Position numbers and translations under genes: made by a program
Source: Atractiella rhizophila
Lineage: Eukaryota
Length of the DNA stretch: 40,479 nt
Assembly: GCA_021432655.1 (NCBI GenBank)
Contig: MU271603.1
Coordinates: 1 to 40,479, forward strand
Direction of reading: 5' to 3'
The notes under the pieces: generated by a model
Told to the model about the DNA's origin: nothing
Databases searched by the model: none
The model's input: the letters and a program-made list of their open reading frames with translations, nothing else
In this document: in pieces, positions 22,629-35,337 of the stretch
How positions within the stretch are numbered: the stretch's first letter is position 1
How the letters are laid out: each line of letters begins with the position of its first letter

Positions 22629-25600
22629 AATGATCAAGACCCCATGAGCAGCTCTTCCCGGCTAAACCTGGTACTGGTACGCTAAGCTCAAGGGGTTTCA
22701 TGAAATGGGCTAGCATTGGTTTGTTATAAATCTCGCTTTATGATGGTGAAAAGGCCGAGAAATATCCTTCCCCATAAAATGGATGTCATCTCCACTCTCT
22801 ATCCCTTTCATCGGTCCATCTATCGATCTATCCTCCCATCTTCTATACCAGTCAGATTCTGCTCTCATACCAACAGTACGAGATGGGTGCACTCGGCGCT
22901 GAACTAGCCCCAGACAACCTCACAATCCCAACGAAGAACCTCGCCTTCGTTCTCCACGGCATAGACGATGTGAGTCTGCCCTCCAACATCATTCCATCCA
23001 CTCACACCTTCACAGGTCAAATTTGAGACGCGCCCCGTTCCCAACGCGCAAGATCTCACTGGGGACCAGTCTGTCTTTTCATCACTATGAACATCTTGAC
23101 TCATCAAAAGGATGGATGCAGGATCATCGTCTCCCCCCGGAAGACGGGCATCTGTGGTTCCGACGTCCACTACCTCAAACATGGCAAGATCGCAGATTTT
23201 ATCGTCAAAGATCCTATGGTCCTGGGACACGAAACTGCTGGCATAGTCGTGGCTGGTACATCTCGATGTCTCCTTTTTTGCCTATCACTCCATGGGCTAA
23301 AATGAACACAGTCGGGCCCAAGGTCACACACCTCAAGAAGGGGGATCGCGTCGCCCTCGAGCCCGGAGAGACATGCAGGACGTGCTACGACTGCAAAGCG
23401 GGCAGGTACGAACTTTGCCCGTCCATCGAGTTTGCCGCTACCCCTCCTTTTGTGAGTTTTCGTGGAGACTTCCTCTTCTCTCTCTCATATCGTTGTGATA
23501 AGCACTGACTGCATTGGCAGGACGGAACTCTCCAGGGATTCTACAAACTCCCTGGGGACCTGTACGTTCTTTGCTCACCTCCCCCTTCCCAATCGCTGAC
23601 TTATCCGTTCGTAATCAAAGTGCCTACAAACTTCCCGACGTGAGTTACAATCTACTGCATCGAATATATCATATAACGAAACCGACTGTTTGCGTGATAA
23701 CAGAATGTAACCCTAGAAGAAGGAGCGATGATCGAACCGCTCTCCGTTGCGGTCCAAAGCGTGGCACGTATCGGAGGGATGAAGGCTGGGTTGAACGTCG
23801 CCATATTTGGGTTAGTTTTCTTCCATTTCTCTTTCTCCTCTTCTTTCTGTCGAATAAAAAGATAGTAACCCTGCTGTGAAGAGCCGGTCCAGTAGGACTC
23901 CTGGCTCAAGCAGTAGCAAAGGCATTAGGGGCTAGGAGGATAATTGCCGTCGACATCCAGGAGCGCAGGCTAGCTTTCGCGAACAAGTATGTTGGGTCAG
24001 AAACTTTCATTCCCCCCAAACGTGCGTCAATTCTAAACTCTCTGAGTCTTGTTTGTCTTACGTTTCTGTTTGATTTAGCGGAGGAGGGAGAACAGAGGAT
24101 CGCGTATTCGAGGAGGGTAGCGGGGATCATGAAGGAGAAATTCAAAGTTGCGGACAGGGGATTGGAGGGCATCGACCTCGCTGTCGACTGCACTGGAGCT
24201 GAGGTCCGTCTCCCAACCTCCATCGTCCTCTACACCGGAACGACCCAACTCGGGGCTTCTGAATGGAGACTGATGGAAGGCTGAGAACAGGCATGTATCC
24301 AAACTGCCCTCTACCTCGTCAAGGACGGCGGAACGTACGTCCAGGTGGGAATGGGCAACGAGTTCGTCCAAGTGCCTATCACAGCCATCCTCACCAAGGA
24401 AGTGACCATCAAGGGTTCCTTCCGGTTCGTCTCCCTTCCTACTGCTTGCACAAAATATTTCCTGATGTTTTCTGTTTGGGTATTGATTTCGACGATAGGT
24501 ACGGACCGGGCGTGTATGAGCAGGCAATAGATTTGGTAGCTAGGGGCCTTGTAGACTTGAAGCCACTCATCACGCATCGTTACAAGTTCAAGGATGCAAT
24601 TCGAGCCTTTAAGACCACTCAGGTTCGTGTTTCTCCTTCTCTCCTCCTGAATGATCAAGACCCCATGAGCAGCTCTTCCCGGCTAAACCTGGTACTGGTA
24701 CGCTAAGCTCAAGGGGTTTCATGAAATGGTCCAGCATTGGTTTGTTATAAATCTCGCTTTATGATGGTGAAAAGGCCGAGAAATATCCTTCCCCATAAAA
24801 TGGATGTCATCTCCACTCTCTGTCCTTTTCATCGGTCCATCTATCGATCTATCCTCCCATCTTCTTTACCAGTCAGATTCTGCTCTCATAGCAACAGTAC
24901 AAGATGGGTGCACTCGGCGCTGAACTAGCCCCAGACAACCTCACAATCCCAACGAAGAACCTCGCCTTCGTTCTCCACGGCATAGACGATGTGAGTCTGC
25001 CCTCCAACATCATTCCATCCACTCACACCTTCACAGGTCAAATTTGAGACGCGCCCCGTTCCCAACGCGCAAGATCTCACTGGGGACCAGTCTGTCTTCT
25101 CATTACTATGAACATCTTGACTCATCAAAAGGATGGATGCAGGATCATCGTCTCCCCCCGGAAGACGGGCATCTGTGGTTCCGACGTCCACTACCTCAAA
25201 CATGGCAAGATCGCAGATTTTATCGTCAAAGATCCTATGGTCCTGGGACACGAAACTGCTGGCATAGTCGTGGCTGGTACATCTCGATGTCTCCTTTTTT
25301 GCCTATCACTCCATGGGCTAAAATGAACACAGTCGGGCCCAAGGTCACACACCTCAAGAAGGGGGATCGCGTCGCCCTCGAGCCCGGAGAGACATGCAGG
25401 ACGTGCTACGACTGCAAAGCGGGCAGGTACGAACTTTGCCCGTCCATCGAGTTTGCCGCTACCCCTCCTTTTGTGAGTTTTCGTGGAGACTTCCTCTTCT
25501 CTCTCTCATATCGTTGTGATAAGCACTGACTGCATTGGCAGGACGGAACTCTCCAGGGATTCTACAAACTCCCTGGGGACCTGTACGTTCTTTGCTCACC

Positions 25601-26669
25601 TCTCCCTTCCCAATCGCTGACTTATCCGTTCGTAATCAAAGTGCCTACAAACTTCCCGACGTGAGTTACAATCTACTGCATCGAATATATCATATAACGA
25701 AACCGACTGTTTGCGTGATAACAGAATGTCTCCCTAGAAGAAGGAGCGATGATCGAACCGCTCTCCGTTGCTGTCCAAAGCGTGGCACGTATCGGAGGGA
25801 TGAAGGCTGGGTTGAACGTCGCCATATTTGGGTTAGTTTTCTTCCATTTCTCTTTCTCCTCTTCTTTCTGTCGAATAAAAAGATAGTAACCCTGCTGTGA
25901 AGAGCCGGTCCAGTAGGACTCCTGGCTCAAGCAGTAGCAAAGGCATTAGGGGCTAGGAGGATAATTGCCGTCGACATCCAGGAGCGCAGGCTAGCTTTCG
26001 CGAACAAGTATGTTGGGTCAGAAACTTTCATTCCCCCCAAACGTGCGTCAATTCTAAACTCTCTGAGTCTTGTTTGTCTTACGTTTCTGTTTGATTTAGC
26101 GGAGGAGGGAGAACAGAGGATCGCGTATTCGAGGAGGGTAGCGGGGATCATGAAGGAGAAATTCAAAGTTGCGGACAGGGGATTGGAGGGCATCGACCTC
26201 GCTGTCGACTGCACTGGAGCTGAGGTCCGTCTCCCAACCTCCATCGTCCTCTACACCGGAACGACCCAACTCGGGGCTTCTGAATGGAGACTGATGGAAG
26301 GCTGAGAACAGGCATGTATCCAAACTGCCCTCTACCTCGTCAAGGACGGCGGAACGTACGTCCAGGTGGGAATGGGCAACGAGTTCGTCCAAGTGCCTAT
26401 CACAGCCATCCTCACCAAGGAAGTGACCATCAAGGGTTCCTTCCGGTTCGTCTCCCTTCCTACTGCTTGCACAAAATATTTCCTGATGTTTTCAGTTTGG
26501 TATTGATTTCGACGATAGGTACGGACCGGGCGTGTATGAGCAGGCAATAGATTTGGTAGCTAGGGGCCTTGTAGACTTGAAGCCACTCATCACGCATCGT
26601 TACAAGTTCAAGGATGCAATTCGAGCCTTTAAGACCACTCAGGTTCGTGTTTCTCCTTCTCTCCTCCTG
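22629..26669 (+). repeat. Head-to-tail tandem duplication, two ~2.02-kb units (22629-24649 and 24650-26669)
   Basis: AATGATCAAGACCCCATGAGC begins both units and ...TTCTCCTTCTCTCCTCCTG ends both. About 15 differences counted by eye, including one 1-bp indel. Confidence 0.97.
22883..24706 (+). pseudogene. Xylitol/sorbitol dehydrogenase copy 1, 3'-truncated inside its last intron
   Basis: Same exons as copy 2 up to ...AFKTTQ (donor GTTCGT at ~24623). The duplication junction then removes the last acceptor and exon. Unspliced read-through gives [27 protein letters not shown] (stop at 24706). Confidence 0.75.
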
Positions 26670-26771
26670 CGATGTTTGACACTGTGTGATGACCGTTCGT
26701 TCTAGGACGCGAAGGGGGAGGATGGGGAGGATGCGATCAAGACCATCATCGATGGATACGATGACGATTGA
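24904..26771 (+). CDS. Zn-dependent MDR polyol dehydrogenase (xylitol/sorbitol dehydrogenase), complete copy 2
   Basis: MGALGAEL...[29 protein letters not shown], structural-Zn cysteines [22 protein letters not shown] nucleotide-binding motif, VDI (NAD-type Asp), GSFRYG, and last exon [21 protein letters not shown] (26706-26771). Includes a 19-nt micro-exon encoding AYKLPD. Confidence 0.92.
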
Positions 26772-27147
26772 ACCAGGTAGGTACAAGGAAGATACCGCTT
26801 GCGGACGAAATTGGGCCGCGTTAACAATGTTGTGAGGAATATCAAACGTCGACCCTTACGTGTAATTCGATACAGAGGAAGTTACAAAGACGCCCCAATG
26901 TACAGTGTTGCATGACCATGTAGAATGGTATAGAGCGGCTGGAGCAATCTCTGGATCGGAAGACGAACCCTCCATTTCAAACCTATGGCATGAAGAAAGG
27001 GCAAGAATGAAAGACAAGAGACTGATGTAAGCATTAACCATGACTGTACATAGAGTGAAGAGACTATGAATGTTAAGGGACGTATTCTACTTGCTTGCTC
27101 ACAGATGGCGCACGTCAAAGAGACGCCGTAAAGGATTTTGCCATCTT

Positions 27148-30100
27148 CTACGCTTTCGCGCCGCTGAAGAACCAAGCGGAGCCAGCAGTACGTTTCTCTG
27201 CGAACTTAATGTTAGGTATTGAAGGGTTTAAAACAAAATGATGCTCACCAGATGGTGCTGCTTCACCACCACCTCGCAGAGGTTTTGCTATCCGCCCAAA
27301 GCTAAGCGGAACTCCCTGTGCTGGTTTTTGCGCTGTAACAAACGTCAGCAATATGATTGGAGGGACTGAGCATGCATACCTCTCGCGTGCTCTAATCTCT
27401 CACGAACAGCTTGGAGTTGGGCTTCGAACTTCGCGTTCTGGGTATTGAGTTTGTCTTGCGCATCTTGAAGAAGGGTTTCTAGAGATTGTATGCGCTCGTT
27501 CCTAGCGAGGAGCTTCCTCTCCGCAATGGCGACATCTTTCTTCAGCGAGGAGTTTTGCTCCACAAGCTAGAAACTGGTGTCACGAAGTTTAGGAGAGTAG
27601 CGGTCAACAAACCTGTTTCTGAACAAGCGTAAGCTGATCCAGGTTGCGGGTGAGGAAGTCCATCTTCCGCTGCTGAGCCTTGCTATTAGAATTCCGAAGC
27701 ACGTTATTGTACTGCTCCCTCGTTTCATCGAGCGAAATCTCGAGCTCGACAACCTAAAACTAGGGATGAGCTTTGCTCGTAAAAAGAGCGAGCCCATACC
27801 TTCTCGCAACGGTTTTGGAGATCCCTCATGAGAGACTTCTTCATGGTATCAAAGTCCGCAAGTTGAGCGGCCATCGTTTTCCTAATCCTCTCCATATCCT
27901 TCGCGCTTTCCGCGAGGTTCTTTCCGCCTTCGATTCCTGCGGCAGTGACAGCAAATGCGCGCTACAAAAAGACATCAGCGTTCTAATATTATATTGAGAG
28001 AATAAACGACCTTCAACTCTTCGTTTGCGCCTTTAAGAGCTTCGACTGTAACACCCAGAGATTTAATTTCTTGAACCTTCAAGTCAAGTTGCTGTTTGAG
28101 GTCCGAAATTTCGTTCTGGGCTGCTTCTCGTTTGAGAGAGTATTGAGCTTCAAGTTTAGTCTAGATGGATAAGTCAGTCTACCATTAGGCTGCACAATTG
28201 GCGTACCTTGAGGTCCTGAGCAGTTTGAGATATATCAGCATCCCGCTCCTCCTCTTCCTGAATCGTCTTGTCCAGCAGCTCCTCGTACTCAGTCTCCAAG
28301 GTCACAAGCCTGCCTTCGAGTTCGTCACGACGTCTGATCAGAATTTCATTCTCTTCTTGGGCTTGACGAAGGCGCTCCTGCTGTTCGTTCGCGAGAGTCT
28401 GCGAGTCGGCAAGCTGGCGACGGAAGAGAGAGATATCCTCAGGAGTGAGCTCGCGCTCTGAATTCATCGCGTCGTCCAACTTGGAGAGGGATGAGCGGAT
28501 CTGCTCTTCCTTCTCCGAAATAACGCCCTGCGTAGAGACCGTTCACATGGATTAAGGAAGCCGGGAACAAGAAAACTAACAGTATCAAAGCCTGCCATCA
28601 TCTGTGCCATTTTCTCCTGCTTCTTCTTCTCCTTTCCTTCTTGCGTTATGCTCTTCTGAGTAGCCTTCAGCTCATTAAGGGACGCCTAACGGCTTTCTTA
28701 GCAAAACCAATGGGAGAAAATGTCACATACCCTAAGTTCTTCTAACTCCTTCGTCAAATCTGTATTCTGCTCCTTTAGTGCGTCACTGGTGATAGCGGCT
28801 TCCTTGTTCTCGTAGCTTAGCCGTTCCAGCTGTAGTCTGAGGTCGTTCAGCTCCGTAGACATCGTCTTGTTTTCGTTCGAGACCGTTCCTTCTTGCTCCT
28901 TTAGGAACTGAAGCTCTTCCTTCATATCTTTCGTTGATTTCTCCAATGCTGCTAAGGCTGATTCCTATCCATCCAATATTTAGCATCTTCTTTCTGTAGT
29001 ATCAGAAAACAGCGCAAACCTTTTCCGCCAATTGATCAGTTAGTTCATTCTCCCTCCTCAGGAAGTCGTCACGCTCATCCTTATCCAATCCCACCACCGT
29101 CGGTGTCTGCGGTCTTGAATCAAGCTCTCCCGCGACGTCCTGCAGTGCACGATGGACAGGAGTGAAAGGTCTCGAGGAGGCAGCAGATGAGGGTTCCTTC
29201 GCACTTGGGGGAGGGGAGAGAGCCTTCTTGTCCCCACTCGCGATCTTCTCCAGCTCTCCGGGAGAAAGACCCAATGCCTTCTCCATCGAGGCCCATGCTT
29301 CCTTGTCCACTTTCCCTCCGGATCGCCAGATGTTGATTTCTTGCTCTAAGAGTGAGATATAGGCGTGAGAATTTGCAACGTCGCGTTGCGCTTTCTTCAG
29401 GAGTGCTTTAAGTTCGGCGGGGGAGAGCTCAGCGTTGACTCTAGCCTTGTTCTTGATCGACTTAGCTCTGCGACCCAAACAGAATGAGATGGACAGCAAG
29501 CAAACGGAGGGAAACAGACCGAACACCAAAGCGTAAGGTTGAAAGTGTTTCCGCTTCATTGTAGCTCGCAGGAGAACAGTTGATAACGAGTGTTGTGCGA
29601 GAGTTCCCTCCTAAAGATTCTTGAAGGATTCTAGTGAGCTTAGAGTCTCGATATGGGATATGACCGCTCTACTTCCCCAAGTGCGTCAGCGTGCTATCCA
29701 CGCTTGACCCTAACCCATCCCTAAACTAGAGAGATAACGACGCACTTTTCCATCGGTAAGTGCATTGATAACCATTCCTAACGCTGACAAAGATTTGTTG
29801 ATCTTCTTCGCCTCCTCCAGCGTCTGGCCGCTCGCACCAGTCTTCCCGACCTTCTCACTACCAGCTAAATCAACGAGATAGAGACTCCCAGTCTTCTGCG
29901 TTCCCGTTTCCGTGTTCCTGCAGTTGATGGTGATAACGAAGATGGAATGCGACCGCGAGGACTCAGCATTCATGTCTGCACGTCGTCGTTAGCAATGCAC
30001 ATGGAGATATAGTAGAGCAGACGCACTGGTAGCTGTAATTGCTCGATTGTTCCCACCCTGCCGCATGATCTCGTACACCTCAGGCGCGCTCCCGACGTAG

Positions 30101-30847
30101 TAGTCGGAGAGGCCTTTGACGTATACACCTTTATTCTTCTCTTCATGAATCGGTAAATTGTCGTTTTGAGCTGGAAATAAACGATGATGAGGAAGCAGAC
30201 AAACAATGAAGAAGAAAGGAGACAGACGGGCGAGAAGATCGCGAATACGTTCCATGTAGATTTCCATATAGGAAACCTTGACGAGGTACTCGAGATTTGC
30301 AGGAGATGCCATGATGGATTCAAAGATCTGTTCCGTTATTCGCGGAGTGATACCCTTGAGGGAATTGTCGTCGATGTTACCCTACGGTCAAGTACAACTA
30401 GTTTCATCCTGGAGCAAAACAGAGCGACAGAGTTGGCGCACCATCATGGTCCACGACTTTCCGGCTCCCGTTTGACCATAAGCAAATACCGTTCCGTTGT
30501 ATCCATTCATAACATCTAGCTGCCTGTTGGCATCCATACCTGTAACTGAAGACAGAAGGCGCACCATCAACAATTCCCCTGACCCCATACTCGAAGACCT
30601 CTTCCTGCTGCGTCTCCATGGGAAACACCCTATCAAAAGCAAAGCCGGCAGCATCGGGGCCCTTCATTGTCTCTTGGCTCTTCAACTTGACGGTGGTGCG
30701 GTCATCGTCGATTTGAACGATGATTTCGGAGTTGAGAGACTTCTCAGTGGCGTTTGGTGGTCGAAAACTGGCCAATTCTTTGGTGATCAATTACAATGAC
30801 CGTGAAACGACTAACCGACAAACGACCTTGATGTTGTTGCCAGACAT
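27148..30847 (-). CDS. Conventional kinesin (kinesin-1) heavy chain, multi-exon
   Basis: [14 protein letters not shown] start, P-loop YGQTGAGKS, switch I NAESSRSH, switch [23 protein letters not shown], coiled-coil stalk and tail IAKPLRGGG autoinhibition motif. Confidence 0.96.
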
Positions 30848-31139
30848 TGTGGTGTAATGTGCTGTAATGGTTCGTTATGAAACAAAACAGGCTGGAATGT
30901 AGGTAAAACGCACCTGAGTAAGGCAACGGAAGGTATCAAGAGGAAAGGTAAGAGACGGGCTAGGGAAGTATCCTAGGAGGGTCTAGTGAGATATCGCGTT
31001 GAAGGGGGCGGAGGGTCGTGAATCTCGTTGCTACTTTCTTGCTGTCGCTGCGTGGGAGAGTAAGCCCCTCAATGGGTCAAGAGCGAAAGTGTCGCATTTT
31101 TGAAGAGATTGGTTCCCACAAATTATTGTTGCGGTTGTT

Positions 31140-32160
31140 GGTTGTTCATCGATATTCATCGACCAGCAGTTTGACCGTCATATCACTCGAATACTCCTCG
31201 TCAAAGATTTATCTGAAACCTTTTCTTTCAACATTCTTTGTATCGTGTCACCAGACTTTGTCTTGCTGTTTCAAGGTTCTCGCCCTCTTGGTTCAGACCT
31301 CGAGTTACGATTTTCTCAAGCCCAGGAGGAATAATATCCTTGTGAGTTGTTTATTTTCGATAACTCTTGGCGAAAGTTTTCCTTTCCGAGTCTTCCTCTG
31401 CAACCAATCAGAACGGCGGGACCTTTGTGTCAAATTTGTTCGGCACTATTCTAAAGAGGCCCATTTGATATGCGCTTCCCTAAGATTTGGGCCAAAGCTT
31501 CGAGGTTTTGAAGAGCTCCCTGGTGGGTGGAAGATTGAGTGATGGGTTGGTTGCTGGAGGAATACATTGGGCTTACCATGCTGATGATACCCGCGTCCGC
31601 GCTGGTTGATACGGTTGAAAGGAAGCAGGGCGAACGGCATCAGGGAAATTACGTTCACGGTGATGTTCGGGAGACGTACGTCCTGCTGTCACGGACGAAA
31701 ATCAAGTTATTCTATGGACTTCGACCAGGCAGGGAAGATTGGGAAGCGCGATATCCAATGAATCTGAAGGTCCGGGGTTGTGGCGACCTCACGATGCGGT
31801 AGATGGTGAACTGATCCTCGCCGATCACGATATGGCCGTGTTGGATTGTATCCGACGTGAGCATGTCCTCAGATTGGTGGGGTAAGGGGAGTGAGTTAGC
31901 GGTTGCGAACCTCCTGTTTACATTTACGATTTCTTTTCCTTCCAATCCAATCACTTCATTGCTCATTAGAAAGCAGCCAGCACTAATCCAGTTTGTTTTC
32001 GAAAGTAGTCATGGTTTGTACCAGGGTGGACAACATGAAAGCGACTGGACTTTCGGCCCTTGAATGGCGAAGCATGTAACTCGGCTCTTCGTTTCGATTT
32101 ATAACGTAACTTTCGTTCTTATAACCTCGTACTTGCAGTTCTGACGTTCGTATAATGTCT
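31140..32160 (-). pseudogene. Possible degenerate multi-exon gene of unknown family
   Basis: Short protein-like frames separated by intron-like GTGAGG/GTAAGC...CAG segments, with in-frame stops. No recognisable motif. Confidence 0.2.
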
Positions 32161-32339
32161 CTAATGCAAATAAACTTAGGTGACAGCCAAAGTCAGCTCT
32201 CACGCCCAGTTTGGCCCAGCCTGCCTCCTAAGTATCCGAGTTCAACTTGAATAACCAAAAGCCCAGAAAACAAAGTTCTGGTCCTAGTCCAACACACGTG
32301 TAAGCAACTGAGTTGCGAGGCGATCAATCGACCAACCGC

Positions 32340-32750
32340 TCTCCCAAGCTCACTCAGAGCTCTCCTTCCAACTCTCTTTGATCACATCCATCTCTTTGCC
32401 CAACCTTCTATCCATTGCAGTGCTCAAGCTGTCTCCTCAGCATCTCCAGTGGACCTGGCTGTTCGCGTTAGGGTTTGTTAGTCATGAGGTGATGTTGGAG
32501 GCGAAGAAAAGAGAAAGGGGTTAGGGTTGAGCGGATGACCACTGACGTGAAGGACAAGGATGAGATCGTTCTCCCAGATGACCCTAGGAACTCTCCTGGA
32601 CAAGAAAGGAGCGAGTATGACATCCGGATTCGCGAGTTCGACAGCCTCGACCATCCTCTCTTCGCTCTTATCTCTTCGCTCTTCCAGATCTCGACATGGC
32701 CTGACGACGGAGGATGGTGATCCCAACCGCTTTTGAGTGACCGTTTTCGT
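32340..32750 (-). pseudogene. HoxX/HypX-like formyltransferase N-terminal fragment, degenerate, with a spliceosomal intron
   Basis: KSEERMVEAVELANPDVILAPFLSRRVPRVIWENDLILVLH, then intron 32546-32459 (GTCAGT...CTAAC...CAG), then PGP, a frameshift, and GDA...ALQW. This resembles the HoxX pattern as I recall it: EAV...PDLIIAPFL.R.IP..IW....LIVHPG..GD.GPSALDW. Confidence 0.65.
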
Positions 32751-33439
32751 CCGCTCCTGCTCTAATAAGTTATCACTAACATTGACGGGAGGCTGAAACG
32801 ACGGATGGAGAGAGATGGAGGTGACCGATCGGGAGAGCGGAAGGGAGTCAGACGGTGGAAGTGTAGCGAGAGTGGGAGTGTCGGAGCGGTGGTGTCGGTG
32901 GCGATTGCGGATGCGATGACTGGGTCCATGTCGGGAGGGTAAAGCTGGAGTTTTGGAGGGGGATGGAGCAGACCCGTCGCCCAAGGGGTCTTTGGCAATA
33001 AAACTGGTCGACCAGTTTTGACCTGCTTTTTGGCAGCAAATTTTCTCAAAATTGAAGCGCAAAACCATTTTTCGCTTGCGCTTGCGCAACTGGGGGCAAC
33101 CAATTTGAAAAAACAAAAAAACCCTCATGGCGACAGTTTGCCGGGAAGTGGATAACGTGTTATAGCGGATTTGGTCACATGATGGCACCTTCCGACCCGA
33201 CCGAAACCTTATGAATTGATTGGGGCAACTTGAATTCCTTCCGCATAATTGGGGCATACTGTACAGTAAAAAACCTTGGAATCAAGTGAAAGTAGGTTTG
33301 AGTTTGAAGTTGTTTGGGTTGTCTCGCTTGCGGGGTCGGTATCGGAATGAACTGGAGGGGGATGATGAGCTGATGCTTTTCGATCTTATGTACATGGAAT
33401 TGCTTCAAGAATGGGACTTGTCCAACCATCGTGTTTAAA

Positions 33440-34600
33440 TCCCCCGCCCCCTCGCCCTCAACCCCGTTACCACAGCCCCTCAGTAAACCAAGGTCTTATG
33501 TCCACCTCAGGCTATTCGAGGATAGTACTCGTACGTTGAGTGGCTGTGCCTTGGGAAAGTATATTATGCCAGCGTCTCTCGTAAGCGTTTCGTCCACTTC
33601 GTTCGTCCAGCCTCCCCTACCGTTATGCCTCGGATACGAAAGCCCTCACCTATCTCCAGCCCGCCACTCCACAACACCGTTTCTCGACTAAAACAACTAT
33701 TTAGTAGCGTTCTAGCTAGGTCTAGAGGTAACCTGGAGTTTCTCACGGGTCTATTGAGAATCCCAATCCCTGGAATTGACAGTGGATGTGGAAGTGCAGA
33801 CGTCTTCATCGATTCTTGTTTGCCTCCTCTTGTATCACTTTCAAACAACTGACTAGTTCTTCCAGCTACTCCTCTGGTTTGTGACACGGCGATCGCCACT
33901 TCCCAAATGAAAATCACGAAAGAGTATATTTCTTATCCGCAAAAACCTCAGAATCCGTTCCCTGCCGCTGTACTCCGCCTCAACATTGTCTTCTCCAGCG
34001 CCTCGTCTCGCGGCTTCAGGGCCAATATGAAAATACGGTTCCTCCCTCAAGAAGGCTTCAGCCATGAATATGCTCCGATCATCAAGGGCCTTGATCATTA
34101 TAGCAGCCCTTTTGAGGATGCAGACGTGGACACGCCTGAAAATTTGGGAATTGTGAATGTATGCAGCTAGTTCCGTTATATGTTCTCATTGTGTGGTCTA
34201 GGTGACATCGAGACGGTCAGCCGACATCAGGGCTTCTGGTCGTGAAACGAGCTGTGTACTCCTTACAATTCGGGAAGGTAGTGGACCAATGCATTGTGAA
34301 CACAATGGGCTCATCTTGGTGTAGGTCGAGAATTGGGGAGAGGAGTGCTTCAGAAGCTACACAACTTTTGCTTGGATATCCAGCTTCTACTCCCTTCTGG
34401 TAATGAGGACAACACTTTCATGGCAATGCTGGAGGTGGAGGCTCCTATAAGTAGCATTAGTGGACTTTTTTGAGGGTATAAAAATGTGAGGTCTGTGGTC
34501 TGAACCAACGCTCCATAATAACGGAATGGATCTAGAAATATCATCTGGAGTTCGAGGCAGTCACGGAGTCGTGATGTCTCACGCCAAACTTGCACCGCTC
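33440..34600 (-). pseudogene. Possible degenerate lineage-specific coding sequence
   Basis: Consecutive minus-strand ORFs (34350-34661, 33853-34098, 33564-33917) are broken by stops or frameshifts. No family recognised. Confidence 0.25.
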
Positions 34601-35337
34601 TGTGTAGTTTTCTGGTATGTAGGTGGGTAGAAGGTCTCTCACATGAGTTATGTTTGTACATTCTGAAACTTGTAATACATAAACCAGCACCAGCAATATA
34701 TGGGGATTAGAAAATCAAACTTTTGAATTTTCAACGGCAGCTTATCATCAGATACAGTCATTTGCAAAATTAGCATTGTTTTCCGCTCGTCATCCATCTC
34801 AGCTGGCCACTTTCTGGGTGGCAAATCTGCACAAGAAGTGATGCAATTTGCATTTCGGTTGTATCGTCATCGAGTTCTCTTGGAATGAGAATTAGGAAAA
34901 CAATGCCAGCTGGCCAGCCGGCAGCTGATTTATACGAAGATCGGTTGTATTCGATGGAATGAATGCTCAATGTCTTCTCATCATGGATCAAGTTCCTGGA
35001 GCAGAACAAGTCGAAATGATTATCTAAGAGCACATCTTGGGCTCCCAGCACTCTCTACCATCAAATACGGTTCACATGGCAATCGACTTATGAGACAGCT
35101 CAAGGAGTTGTTCCTAATCTGGAAAGCAATGGGTGACAGTAATGAGGTTATCGCCCTTCATGCCTGCTGCAGCATTTGCACTGTGCAACGTGTCTTTAAG
35201 GTTTTTCACGAGTTTGGTCTACCAATTGATCCCATGAAGCTCAAAGCAGATCGACCACACACACTGACACGCAACCAGCTTCTCTTCCTCAAAGCAAACC
35301 TTGCAGCTAACCCTGTGCTGTACGTCGACAAGCTCAG

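Noticed and set aside
31018..31542. 174-aa plus-strand ORF upstream of kinesin
   Set aside because: GTG start and no motif. The opposite strand looks more coding-like.
32467..32528. TTAGGG-like words (GTTAGGGTT, GGGTTAGGGTT) suggesting interstitial telomere repeats
   Set aside because: Single units only. They fall inside a minus-strand intron where CCTAAC is simply the branch-point motif.
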